Source: a virus (Duplodnaviria; Caudoviricetes). From it: DNA of 64,000 nt. A program made the translations under genes and the position numbers. Where the stretch lies: IMG/VR virus record IMGVR_UViG_3300031998_000004. One strand, written 5' to 3'. A model generated the notes under the pieces. The model saw only the letters and a program-made list of their open reading frames with translations, searched no databases and was not told the DNA's origin. Of this stretch, positions 28,215 to 37,843 are shown in pieces (positions within the stretch are counted from its first letter, which is position 1; each line of letters begins with the position of its first letter).

Positions 28215-28636
28215 GAATCAACACAGGAATACCAGTAAAGAACCTGAGTGATGAGCACTTGAGAGCCGAAGAAGCAGAAATCGCTATGTGTCCGGGTTTT
28301 TATAATAGAGTATGGAAAGGGAAGTCGGACATCCCTTTAAAGTTCACTCTTAATAAAGGTCACATCTCGTTTTTTATGAATAAAAAGACATGGACTCTAA
28401 AAAGATACAAAGAGCTTCATGAAGAATGTCTTCGAAGAGGATTTACAGGGATTAAAGATAAGTCTGAGAGGTGGAATACATGGAATTCAAAAGAAGATAT
28501 AGATTATACGCCTACAATTAGGGATTCGCTAATCGTTAAAGAACGAATCATATCTAAAATAAAAAACTCAACAGGACAGTTTCATTATCATCGAAAAAGG
28601 ATAGAAAAAGGAGATCTTATTGATCTCCTTTTTTAA
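28211..28636 (+). CDS. denV: Pyrimidine-dimer DNA glycosylase (endonuclease V-like)
   Basis: RIN...L.DEHL.AE..E, FTLNKGH..FF, RY..L.EE...RGF. Confidence 0.85.
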   Translation: MRINTGIPVKNLSDEHLRAEEAEIAMCPGFYNRVWKGKSDIPLKFTLNKGHISFFMNKKTWTLKRYKELHEECLRRGFTGIKDKSERWNTWNSKEDIDYTPTIRDSLIVKERIISKIKNSTGQFHYHRKRIEKGDLIDLLF

Positions 28637-30353
28637 TCCATATCCACTTCGTTTGTCCGCTGTCATATATTCGCAAATACCCCGCTTCATCCATCACTTG
28701 ACGTTCAGTCCAGGTTCCGTCGTTTTTTTCCTTGATGCCTTTTTTTACAATTGCACCTTTAGTAAATGAAGTTCTATGATATCTTATTAAAGTCTTAGGA
28801 TCAATATACCAATACGAACTATTAATTTGTCCATCGGACTCAAATCCTAACTTATCATATACATTACCATTACTTATATCGTTTGAAGCATATGAATACA
28901 CCATATTTGGTTTATAATCATTAACAAAATGTTTGAACAATTTACCGGCTGCCCCAATAACTTGCGTATTTAATAATGAACAGAATCGGATAAGTTCCCA
29001 CTCATTTTTATCGGTCTTCAAGACAGACGAACCCACAGCTCCTCGTTTGTGACCAAAAGTCATTACACTAACCAACTTACCTTCATAACGAAGACCAAGA
29101 CCAACCTTAAAAATAGATTTCCCCTGAATGTGATTCTTATCCAAAAAATCTAAATACTCCGAGTTGTTTTCACAAATTTCTACTATGCATTTCCTAGCAT
29201 ATATTTTGTTTTCAGAACACCCAAGCTTGGAAAGTATCATACTTCTAACAATGTCTGGTTTCCATCGAATCCAGTCTTCCCAAATATGTAATAACCTAAT
29301 ATTCCTCTCTTTACATCTCATAGTTTTGGATTCGTGATATCTATGGTCTTTATATCTATCACTATGAGACAACACACCATTACATTCAATAGCAAAATGT
29401 TTTGATGGGATGTATATATCTAATTCTTTCTTATCATGCATCAGTCCGCGAGCATTTGTCTTATATTGAATATTATATTCATCTAATATTTGTTGAACAA
29501 ACAATTCAATTGATGTATTTTTCGTATTATCATCGCCAACAGGCAATATCTTTGTACATGGTTCAGTATGATCACGAACTCGATCTCGATATATACCAGA
29601 CGGACATATAAAGAACTTCTCTGTACATTTGTTACATAGAGGATGAGGACATTTGCATATCCATTCGTCATTCTCTGTATATCCTATAAGAAAATCCTTC
29701 CTAGTTATCTCTTTAGTCTTCCAAGTATTTGCTGTTTTGATTTTAAATTCATCCGTCTTACTATAACTATCAACCCCATACTTTTCGATACAAGATTCTT
29801 TCATTTTATCCTTACACTCTTGAGTTAATGCATAGTTATCTACACCATATCTCTGTTTGTTGGTTTCTTTGTATTTAGTCAATATAATCTCGGATGAATT
29901 ACCCGGTCCACCATATCGTTCAATCAAGATATCCTTAGACTTTTGAGCAATATCTTTGTTTTGCATCGCATTCTTGACACCATATCTTTTGAGACTGGTT
30001 TGTTCCATTTTATATTTAACAGTTCTGTTCTGTGCTGGAGCTTTGGTGCCGAATTTTTCCATACAAGTATCTTCAACCTTCTTTATTTTATTTGGGTCGC
30101 TATTAAGACATTTGTATGAACAGTATTCTCTATATCCTATCCTGGCATTATTAAATTTAGTTGGAGACCCGCAGCATTTACAAATTGGGCGTTCCGTAAT
30201 GTTATTAAAATACCAATAAAGTTTTTCTTGAAATGTAAGATTCAGATTTTTATATTTCTCATTAAGAAATTCAAGAAATTCTGGGTAATGAAATTGAAAG
30301 TGTTTTTCTGTAAATTGTGGTCCAGAAAGACTATTTATGTCTGGAATAGTCAT
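28617..30353 (-). CDS. Putative homing endonuclease (Zn ribbon, KYG repeats, PD-(D/E)XK-like domain, C-terminal domain)
   Basis: CKCC..YCS..C, ELDIYIP..AIECNG, ARKC..NHIQG..RIYDSGQ. Confidence 0.75.
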   Translation of the reverse strand: MTIPDINSLSGPQFTEKHFQFHYPEFLEFLNEKYKNLNLTFQEKLYWYFNNITERPICKCCGSPTKFNNARIGYREYCSYKCLNSDPNKIKKVEDTCMEKFGTKAPAQNRTVKYKMEQTSLKRYGVKNAMQNKDIAQKSKDILIERYGGPGNSSEIILTKYKETNKQRYGVDNYALTQECKDKMKESCIEKYGVDSYSKTDEFKIKTANTWKTKEITRKDFLIGYTENDEWICKCPHPLCNKCTEKFFICPSGIYRDRVRDHTEPCTKILPVGDDNTKNTSIELFVQQILDEYNIQYKTNARGLMHDKKELDIYIPSKHFAIECNGVLSHSDRYKDHRYHESKTMRCKERNIRLLHIWEDWIRWKPDIVRSMILSKLGCSENKIYARKCIVEICENNSEYLDFLDKNHIQGKSIFKVGLGLRYEGKLVSVMTFGHKRGAVGSSVLKTDKNEWELIRFCSLLNTQVIGAAGKLFKHFVNDYKPNMVYSYASNDISNGNVYDKLGFESDGQINSSYWYIDPKTLIRYHRTSFTKGAIVKKGIKEKNDGTWTERQVMDEAGYLRIYDSGQTKWIWIKKGDQ

Positions 30354-30485
30354 TTATATATTTTATTTTATGTATAAATAATAGATAATTATATACTAAA
30401 ATTTAAACTATTACATATATTTTATCATATAGATTTTGTGTTAAGATACTAAAGTTTGTGTTGGAATTAATTATTATTTATACAT

Positions 30486-32084
30486 ATGAATATTCCTGAC
30501 GAACAATTTTTTGAACATCCAATAATTAATCCGAGATATATCAAAAAGAATTATCCCGAGTTTTATGAATATCTTGAATCTCATTATCCTGAAGTAAAAA
30601 GTATATCGGAAAAAATATATCTTTGGAGAAACTACATGACCACACACCCGGTATGTCATAACTGTGGTGGTCCTGTAAAGTTCATTAATATAAATAGTGG
30701 GTACTCAAAGTACTGTTCATATAAGTGTTCTAACCAAAACCCCGACAAAAAAGAACTAACTAAAAAGACCTGTCTTGAGAGATATGGAGTAGAGAATCCA
30801 CAACAATCAGATGATGTTAAAAGTAAGTTTGTCAATTACTTTTCTATCCCCGAGAACCAGGAGAAGATAAGACGGGAGAGATTTCAAAGAACTGGAGTGT
30901 ACTATTCAGGACAGCTAGAGGAAACCAAGAATAAAATTAAAAGTACTTGTCTTGAAAGATATGGTGTGGGTTCGGGAGTGCAATTAAGTATAGCAAAAGA
31001 GAATCTTAATGAAGCAAGAAAACGGTATCAATTATCAAAACATCAGGATATAATAGACTGTGGGTTTATTGATGGAAATTGGATGTATACTTGTACTTGT
31101 AATCACCCTGAATGTTCCAAATGTTCTCTGAAAACATTCAACATAGAACCGCAGATGTACTTTGATAGGAAAAGGGATAATACAGAATTGTGTACTCATC
31201 TATTACCAGCACGTGAAAATCAATATAGTTCTTTAGAGTTGGTTGTCGTTGGGTGGTTAAAAGAATATAATATAGAATATGAACTACATAGAAGAGACCT
31301 ACTTGGAAATGGACAGGAAATTGATATTTATATACCATCAAGACATATAGCTATAGAGTGTAATGGTGAGTGGTATCATTGTACTAAGGTGAAGCCGAAT
31401 GACTATCATATAAACAAGTGGAGGATAGCTAAGGAACGAGGAATACAATTAATATCATTATGGGGTGTTTGGATCAACACTAAACCGGAGATAACTAAGT
31501 CTCTTTTACTTTCAAAACTTAATGTTATTACCAATAGAATACAAGCGAGAAAGTGTGAGGTGAAGGATATATCGTCTCTGACGTGTAATAAGTTTTTAAA
31601 CGATAACCACATCCAAGGTGAAACCAGAGCTCGGGCACATCTAGGATTGTATTGCGAGGGACAATTAGTATCTGTTATGACTTTTGGTAAACAAATGGCT
31701 TGTAGTGGGAAGAAAGGAGACGAAACATGGATACTATCTAGATTTTGTTCGTTAATTAATTACAAAGTTATCGGGGCGGCTGGTAAGTTATTTAAATACT
31801 TTATAAATCATTATAATCCAGATACAGTTTATTCATTTTCATCTAATGATATTAGTAATGGGGGATTGTATCAAATACTTGGATTTAAAGAAGGAAGAGT
31901 CAATCAATCTTATTGGTACTATGATCTTAAACGAGATAAAAGATATCATCGTTCAGCATTTACTAAATCCCATTTGAAGGAACTTGGATGGGATGACGGG
32001 AGAACCGAAGAAGAAATAATGTATGATCACTATTTCTTTAAAAATATAGACAGCGGACAAACTAAATGGATATGGTCAAAATGA
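30486..32084 (+). CDS. Putative homing endonuclease, same family
   Basis: Same motif order, EIDIYIP..AIECNGEWYH. Confidence 0.75.
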   Translation: MNIPDEQFFEHPIINPRYIKKNYPEFYEYLESHYPEVKSISEKIYLWRNYMTTHPVCHNCGGPVKFININSGYSKYCSYKCSNQNPDKKELTKKTCLERYGVENPQQSDDVKSKFVNYFSIPENQEKIRRERFQRTGVYYSGQLEETKNKIKSTCLERYGVGSGVQLSIAKENLNEARKRYQLSKHQDIIDCGFIDGNWMYTCTCNHPECSKCSLKTFNIEPQMYFDRKRDNTELCTHLLPARENQYSSLELVVVGWLKEYNIEYELHRRDLLGNGQEIDIYIPSRHIAIECNGEWYHCTKVKPNDYHINKWRIAKERGIQLISLWGVWINTKPEITKSLLLSKLNVITNRIQARKCEVKDISSLTCNKFLNDNHIQGETRARAHLGLYCEGQLVSVMTFGKQMACSGKKGDETWILSRFCSLINYKVIGAAGKLFKYFINHYNPDTVYSFSSNDISNGGLYQILGFKEGRVNQSYWYYDLKRDKRYHRSAFTKSHLKELGWDDGRTEEEIMYDHYFFKNIDSGQTKWIWSK

Positions 32085-32091
32085 AAACATA

Positions 32092-32123
32092 AAAAAATCT
32101 CCAGTCTAAAACTGGAGATTTTT
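32092..32123. terminator. Bidirectional terminator
   Basis: AAAAATCTCCAGT-ctaa-ACTGGAGATTTTT between convergent genes. Confidence 0.8.
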
Positions 32124-32148
32124 AATTAAGACCATAATTTAGAATTAA

Positions 32149-33912
32149 TTAGATGATATAAGCACCATCAGCATCAACCATAAAGGTCAAGTAGTTCTGC
32201 TCGCAGTGGAAACCAGCATCAACGATAGCGAAGCGGCTGTTAACAAGGAGCTTAGGAGCCATTGTACCTTCGACGATAGTCTGAACGGTATCAGCAAGGA
32301 TGTAAGGCATGAAGATCACACCAGGAGTGTTACCGTCTGACTTACGACCTACGCAAATACGAGTGTCGTCCCAAGTCATGAATGGATCAACATAGACTGA
32401 GAGGCCAAGGAGTGTACCAGCGAAGTAGAGGCTTCTTGAACCATCCTGTACGAGATCGTTCTGTGCAGGAGCGATTACGAATCCAGCGCAATCCTGGAGA
32501 GCTGAAAGGATCTGTGTGTTAGTTACGATCCAGTTACCACGACCGAAACGAGAAACGTTTGCGATTACATTAGCAGCAGCAAGAACACGGCTAGCGATTC
32601 TACGCTGATGTGTGTAAGTGTTTTCTGCGGAAGTGTTCTGAGTTGCGTTCTTAATATCGCCCCAGTTAGTTGCAGCGTTTACATTGTCAATACCAACGAA
32701 CTTGCTAGCAGCACCGAATGCTGAGAGAGCCTTGGTTGCGTTGAGTGTTGAACCGAAGTAAAGGTTGAGGTCGAGACCCTGATATTCCTTCTGGATCTTT
32801 GCGTTAGTTACGCCGAGTTTGAATACTCTGTCAAGGATACGGTTGTTGATACCCTGGCTGATTTCGTTCTGCATAGCCTGGAGAACCTTACCAATAACAT
32901 CAACACCGTAAAGAGGCATATCCTGGAGTTGCTGACGAGTAACAGCACCCGTTACTTCGAAGCCACCCATCTGGACGAGCTTGGTGAACATTCTTGCACC
33001 GATAGTGTTACCAACACCAGTCTCGTTCTGTGCACGTGTCATAGGATCGTCGCTACCATCGTAGAAGTTCGCGAAGCCCTGGATGTGATCAGCAGCACCT
33101 GATACGAGGTCAGGAGTTACGAGCTGAGCTTCCTGTGTATCAAGAACATTTGAACCATCAGCTACACCTGTAGCAGTCATAGTAACAGCAGATGCAAATA
33201 CATCAGCGATAGAAGTGTTAGCATCGCCGCAGTTGACCACCTTGAGGATGATGCTGTTATCAATACGTGAGAAACCAAGGAAGTTACCTACAAAGACCTT
33301 AGGAGTGCTATCACTGTTTGTGAAAGTCATTACGATAGGAGTACCTGCAGCAGCGGGAACCAAATCAGCCTTTGACTTACCAGTCTTGTACTTGATAGAG
33401 TAACGAACCTTGATGTAGATAGGTTTGTTAGAGTCACCTGTGCCTTTACCATCATAAACAGTCTCGTTGATCTTACCGAGCTTACCACCAGCATAAGGGA
33501 AGTCCATATATGAAAGCATAGCCCAAGGACCATTTGAAGGGATAACAGGAACGAGCTCGAAACCGATTGTCTGAGCTGCTACCTCAAGAGACATGGTAAG
33601 AGTTGACATAGGGATGTCACCTGAACCAACCTTGTAGTTAGGATTGTGGAAGTCAGCACCTGTGTTACCAACACCAGTACCCTTACCACCTGCGTTATAA
33701 CCTACACCATCTGGGAAGAGGGGGTTACCCATACCGAGAGTGTTAAGAGGAGTTGCATAGATACCAGCAGCAGGATCACCAGCCTGGAGAGCTTCGTATA
33801 CTGAGTGGTTCTGTGCATACTGAGACATCCATCCGAGCTTTTCAGCGCTCTTTACATGGAGTTCCTCTGTAATGATCTGTGACCATTTCTGTGAATTTTC
33901 AGTTGAAAACAT
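32149..33912 (-). CDS. Major capsid protein, T4 gp23-like
   Basis: MQNEISQGINNRI, R.GRGNWIV, G.L.G..VYVDP, FMPY, P...V.SRFA. Confidence 0.9.
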   Translation of the reverse strand: MFSTENSQKWSQIITEELHVKSAEKLGWMSQYAQNHSVYEALQAGDPAAGIYATPLNTLGMGNPLFPDGVGYNAGGKGTGVGNTGADFHNPNYKVGSGDIPMSTLTMSLEVAAQTIGFELVPVIPSNGPWAMLSYMDFPYAGGKLGKINETVYDGKGTGDSNKPIYIKVRYSIKYKTGKSKADLVPAAAGTPIVMTFTNSDSTPKVFVGNFLGFSRIDNSIILKVVNCGDANTSIADVFASAVTMTATGVADGSNVLDTQEAQLVTPDLVSGAADHIQGFANFYDGSDDPMTRAQNETGVGNTIGARMFTKLVQMGGFEVTGAVTRQQLQDMPLYGVDVIGKVLQAMQNEISQGINNRILDRVFKLGVTNAKIQKEYQGLDLNLYFGSTLNATKALSAFGAASKFVGIDNVNAATNWGDIKNATQNTSAENTYTHQRRIASRVLAAANVIANVSRFGRGNWIVTNTQILSALQDCAGFVIAPAQNDLVQDGSRSLYFAGTLLGLSVYVDPFMTWDDTRICVGRKSDGNTPGVIFMPYILADTVQTIVEGTMAPKLLVNSRFAIVDAGFHCEQNYLTFMVDADGAYII

Positions 33913-34019
33913 GTTTTTAATTCGTTTATTTAATTTAATTTAAGGTTTTTCTATGTCAAAATAATAGACGCTAACATTGTGAAATGTTAACGTCTTAATT
34001 ATCAATTAGTTACTTTATT

Positions 34020-35252
34020 TTAATTCCACTCCATTAACTCGTATAACTGACTCGACCACTGCTGGAGAGCCACTATGATAAAGTTCTTATGTTTGTTCAC
34101 TTCGCTCTCTCCCTGAGCAATGATATCGAACGCCTTAGAGAGCTGCTCCAGGATAGCAACTGCTACTGTTTGTGAGTTATTACTGCTCACACACTCACAT
34201 CCATAGTAACCGTTTGATATCTCGTACGTGGAGAATCCCAAGTTAGACTGGATGATCCCGTCGACATAGCTCTTTACATTTAATATATATGACTTCGGAA
34301 GCTCCGTCCAGGTCTCCACATCTGAGAAGAACTCTATCATCCCGTTTTTAATCCCACTCTTATATATCTCTACGCTGTCACACACACTCACCCCATCACC
34401 ATATAGGCTCGAGAGGTTCGTGTTACTACCACACCCACAGGAGCTCTGTGACGGCTGAGTCAGGTTCACGACAGTCTTTCCGAACTCACCAACCCACTTG
34501 AGAGTGTCATCATACATACCACCACGGTAGTACTCAAGCACGTGTGTGTTGTCATCGGTCCAGTTCACTACCTCCAAGTTCTCTATCTTAACCACACCTT
34601 CGTCCTCGCTCGGGAGCTCGGTCACTGTCTTCGCGCTCAGTCTCTGGTCGAGCGTGGGGTTAGGGAGTTGGTCGTAGTGGTCTGTGTTATATATATAAAA
34701 GGTATAGTTCTGATCCAACAGGCTCGTTGCCAGCCAGGTTCTGAAGCGCTTCAACTCCTCGATCCCAGGACTCTTCGTAGGGATGTAGTTGTTGTATTGC
34801 TTGAGCGCGTCAACACTATTTACGGTATCCGTCTCTGTCTGATCGACATACCCGTTCATCCAGTTCCAGTCGCCCTCCCAGAGATCCACGTACTTGATGG
34901 TCGATCCATCTGTCTTGATCAGCACCGGGCTCTCGGCGGTGGGACTCGTCGGGACACTCTCAACCAACACCGCAGCGCGTCTCTGATTAGCCGTGGTGTC
35001 TGCCAAGGACAAGAGCTCGTAGGAGTACATCCCATACCCCTTGTCGGTCAGCACGTAGTAGTTATACGCAAAGAGATTGTTGATGGTTGTCTCGAAGCTC
35101 ACATACATGTTAGGGGTGATCGACTCGAGCGGAACCACCACATGACATCTTATCCAATACGCGTACTTACCTCTAAGGTTATCGTTATACCACTCTACGT
35201 CAGGTAGGCTTGTATCGGTTACGATAATATCTTTAAATTTGATTATGTTCAT
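34020..35252 (-). CDS. Hypothetical, probably structural, protein
   Basis: 410-aa ORF with the late-type upstream motif. Confidence 0.6.
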   Translation of the reverse strand: MNIIKFKDIIVTDTSLPDVEWYNDNLRGKYAYWIRCHVVVPLESITPNMYVSFETTINNLFAYNYYVLTDKGYGMYSYELLSLADTTANQRRAAVLVESVPTSPTAESPVLIKTDGSTIKYVDLWEGDWNWMNGYVDQTETDTVNSVDALKQYNNYIPTKSPGIEELKRFRTWLATSLLDQNYTFYIYNTDHYDQLPNPTLDQRLSAKTVTELPSEDEGVVKIENLEVVNWTDDNTHVLEYYRGGMYDDTLKWVGEFGKTVVNLTQPSQSSCGCGSNTNLSSLYGDGVSVCDSVEIYKSGIKNGMIEFFSDVETWTELPKSYILNVKSYVDGIIQSNLGFSTYEISNGYYGCECVSSNNSQTVAVAILEQLSKAFDIIAQGESEVNKHKNFIIVALQQWSSQLYELMEWN

Positions 35253-35270
35253 ACTTAAATAATAATGATT

Positions 35271-35612
35271 TTACAACGACAATACCTCGTTCGCTCTCTC
35301 CTTTGCACGCTCGGCAACGATGTTAAACAAGTGGAACTCCCCTTCGTCATCCATCCCAGCGAGCTTATGCCTGAATATAGCCTCGACATCGGCTTGACTG
35401 TAGTCCACTCTTATTATAGCGTCAACTATTTTGGATTTAGTTAGGGGCTCAGATGTCTCTGCGCGCTTATAGGTCCACACCGGGTACTCGTCTTGACCCT
35501 GCTCGGTTACTATCTTCTCGGTCTCTTCTTTCTCATCGAAATACACGAAGATCCGTCCATCAGAGCATTTGTCGATGGTTTTTCTTTCTGTGAATGTATA
35601 TCTTGGTGTCAT
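35271..35612 (-). CDS. Putative tail-fibre chaperone
   Basis: IVDAIIRVDYSQADVEAI resembles 14538..14915. Confidence 0.55.
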   Translation of the reverse strand: MTPRYTFTERKTIDKCSDGRIFVYFDEKEETEKIVTEQGQDEYPVWTYKRAETSEPLTKSKIVDAIIRVDYSQADVEAIFRHKLAGMDDEGEFHLFNIVAERAKERANEVLSL

Positions 35613-36784
35613 TTTTTAATCATTGATTTATTTAAATTTTTCATGAATTCAAAATTGTTTAATATGTGTGTGGAATTTTTGATGATCTCAAATGTTTTCT
35701 TGTATTCATTAAAATGAGACAAATACCCCAATCTTGAATTTATATTATCAATAATCACTTTCGAATTTTTGTCATTCAAAGGATTTTGTTTTAGATAATC
35801 ATCGGTATCTTTAAAGAATGTTTTAAACTTATTTAGAACTTCGTTTTTAACGTACTTCCTATAAGGAAGAATGATTCCTCCTAGAAAGAATATCCCATCA
35901 TATGCATTTGTTATAGTAGTTTTATTTGGATGCAAACGAAGATGAAGATTTGATAAGAGAAAATAACTTATTTTGTTTTTACAATATTCCAAATATTCAT
36001 ATGACGGATGTATGAGCTTTGCATCATCAACATATCTATCATATCCTTTTATCTTTAATGTTCGTTTTACATATTGATCTAAAACATTAAGATATATATT
36101 ACTAAACAATTGATTAATTACATCTCCGATCGGAATCCCAACCCCTTGTTTTTGAAATCTCAGACTTTTCTCAGGAAGCACTAATTTGATCCTTCCAGGA
36201 TCTCCGTGATACACACATCCATCAAGCGGATCTCGAGTCAAAAATGTTTTTATTAGATAATCTGCAAATTCATAATCAATCTGTTCGGGAAATTTCAGTT
36301 TGTGTTTGGATATTGTTTCTTGAATAATGTTATATAATATATTTCTATCGATACTCATAAAATATCCTGTTATATCACAATTCAATACCCAAGCATCTTC
36401 TTTATAATTATTAGTTACACTTCTCAAATGATGTTCAAGACGAGATATTCCATGCAACGTTCCTTTTCCAACTCGACACGAATGGCTGTCAAATATAAAA
36501 TATCTCTCAAATATAGGGGATATCAATATAAAAAGAACATGACTTACAATACGATCACGAAATTTCGGAGCAAATACTTCCCGGACTGTGGGTATGGTAT
36601 TAACAAACCAATCTAGAGGTTGTGGTTTCCATTGTCTGTCATAGAGTTCTTTGGTTAATATTTTGTTATTGATTTCTAAATCTTTTTCATACTCTAGTTG
36701 AGCTTCTGTAGATCTCTCTTCCGCCCTTGCTTTTAAATATGCTTTTGTAACTAGATTATAAATTTGATCAAAATTATATTTCAT
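35609..36784 (-). CDS. DGR reverse transcriptase (probable start MKYNFDQ)
   Basis: REVFAP.FRDRIV.H, SCR.GKGT, DITGYF.SI, GIPIGD..NQLFSNIYL, RYVDD. Confidence 0.95.
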   Translation of the reverse strand: MKYNFDQIYNLVTKAYLKARAEERSTEAQLEYEKDLEINNKILTKELYDRQWKPQPLDWFVNTIPTVREVFAPKFRDRIVSHVLFILISPIFERYFIFDSHSCRVGKGTLHGISRLEHHLRSVTNNYKEDAWVLNCDITGYFMSIDRNILYNIIQETISKHKLKFPEQIDYEFADYLIKTFLTRDPLDGCVYHGDPGRIKLVLPEKSLRFQKQGVGIPIGDVINQLFSNIYLNVLDQYVKRTLKIKGYDRYVDDAKLIHPSYEYLEYCKNKISYFLLSNLHLRLHPNKTTITNAYDGIFFLGGIILPYRKYVKNEVLNKFKTFFKDTDDYLKQNPLNDKNSKVIIDNINSRLGYLSHFNEYKKTFEIIKNSTHILNNFEFMKNLNKSMIKK

Positions 36785-36811
36785 ATAGACATTTCCATTT
36801 TTTACCCAATG

Positions 36812-36993
36812 CTCGGGAGGGCCAAACCTCAAAACCGTTCGCACGGTTGTTGTTGTTAAGGGGATTCATATTGGTACTATTGAAGTTCAGATAACGAGCG
36901 TTGGTCTGGCTGTTTGGAGCAAAAGTCCACCAGTTGCCATTAGAACCAACATTGTTCAGTCCTCCAGACTCTCTATTGCGATTGCCGCATGCG
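36812..36993 (-). repeat. DGR template repeat (TR), 182 bp
   Basis: AAC/AAT-rich; matches 37849-38030 except at adenines. Confidence 0.95.
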
Positions 36994-37194
36994 CAGCAAA
37001 CAACAAACAAGTCTCCTTACGAGTAATTCGTTTCTTGAATGTATGAGTGGAAACATAAGTTAACAACCATACAGACTTCCATTAAAAAATAATTTCTATA
37101 TTTCCCATCCTAGGATGGGTGAATTACTGAATTGATATATGTATGGAATCTGTGAGCTTGATTACGAATTACCGCATGATCAACTCCTTCTGTT

Positions 37195-37626
37195 CTATAT
37201 ATTTATTTTAGAATTTAACCAGTTCTCTAATTGACGCGAAACATCAGCCTCTAGATTGGATATTGCTTCGAACCCATTTTGTGTGAGTTCGTGTATGTCG
37301 AGTAAGATCCGTACTTTTATTTTTGTTTCATTTAATATATCAATTGCCTCTTTAATAAAATCAATATTTGTTTTGTGTTCCTTTATAATATTATCATTAA
37401 TTTTTGATACAATTTCTTTAGTCTCCCCTTCTTTTAACTGATATGCAAAACATATATATGACATCAAATCAACTAACGAATTGCATATCGCTGCACACAC
37501 TCCATATTTAAATTCTCGCTTCGTTTTCTTTGTACTTAGGAGAAATTGAACCAAGAGCCTGCGCGCCCTATCATAAACAGGTAATTCGTAGAATTGTTTG
37601 GGGTTCTTATTTTTCATATTTTTCAA
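37195..37626 (-). CDS. avd: DGR accessory variability determinant (four-helix bundle)
   Basis: ELPVY, KREFKY, K..VR.L.D, V.RQL..W; lies between target gene and TR. Confidence 0.85.
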   Translation of the reverse strand: MKNMKNKNPKQFYELPVYDRARRLLVQFLLSTKKTKREFKYGVCAAICNSLVDLMSYICFAYQLKEGETKEIVSKINDNIIKEHKTNIDFIKEAIDILNETKIKVRILLDIHELTQNGFEAISNLEADVSRQLENWLNSKINI

Positions 37627-37756
37627 TTAGTTCTTCAATAAACATCATACATTCAATTGGTGTCCGATTTACTAAATTGAATTGTTTTAATTTATCTACA
37701 ATAAGATCATCTTTTGAATTATTTATGTATATGTTTATGTTTTCAATATTAATCAT
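37607..37756 (-). CDS. 49-aa ORF with a MutS C-terminal-like motif, not in the ORF track
   Basis: ...LKQFNLVNRTPIECMMFIEELIEK; overlaps the avd start. Confidence 0.55.
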   Translation of the reverse strand: MINIENINIYINNSKDDLIVDKLKQFNLVNRTPIECMMFIEELIEKYEK

Positions 37757-37786
37757 ATTCAATAAATTTGTTTAGTTTTTTATAAA

Positions 37787-37830
37787 CCCTGTCCTATCTC
37801 CATTTACCCCAAGGGTAAACGGGGACAGGG
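37787..37830 (-). promoter_or_regulatory. DGR target-recognition hairpin downstream of VR/IMH
   Basis: CCCTGTCC...TTTACCC-caa-GGGTAAA...GGACAGGG. Confidence 0.75.
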
Positions 37831-37843
37831 TCGTAAATAATTC

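Noticed and set aside
34542-35207. Long plus-strand ORFs opposite GC-richer genes (also 39068..39512, 42151..42555, 49276..49779)
   Set aside because: Antisense shadows of real minus-strand genes caused by codon bias.
35609-36844. RT as a group II intron or retron enzyme
   Set aside because: No maturase domain or msr/msd; the TR/VR pair and Avd define a DGR.
36774-37010. 78-aa ORF resembling the fibre C-terminus
   Set aside because: It is the open frame of the DGR template repeat, not an independent gene.
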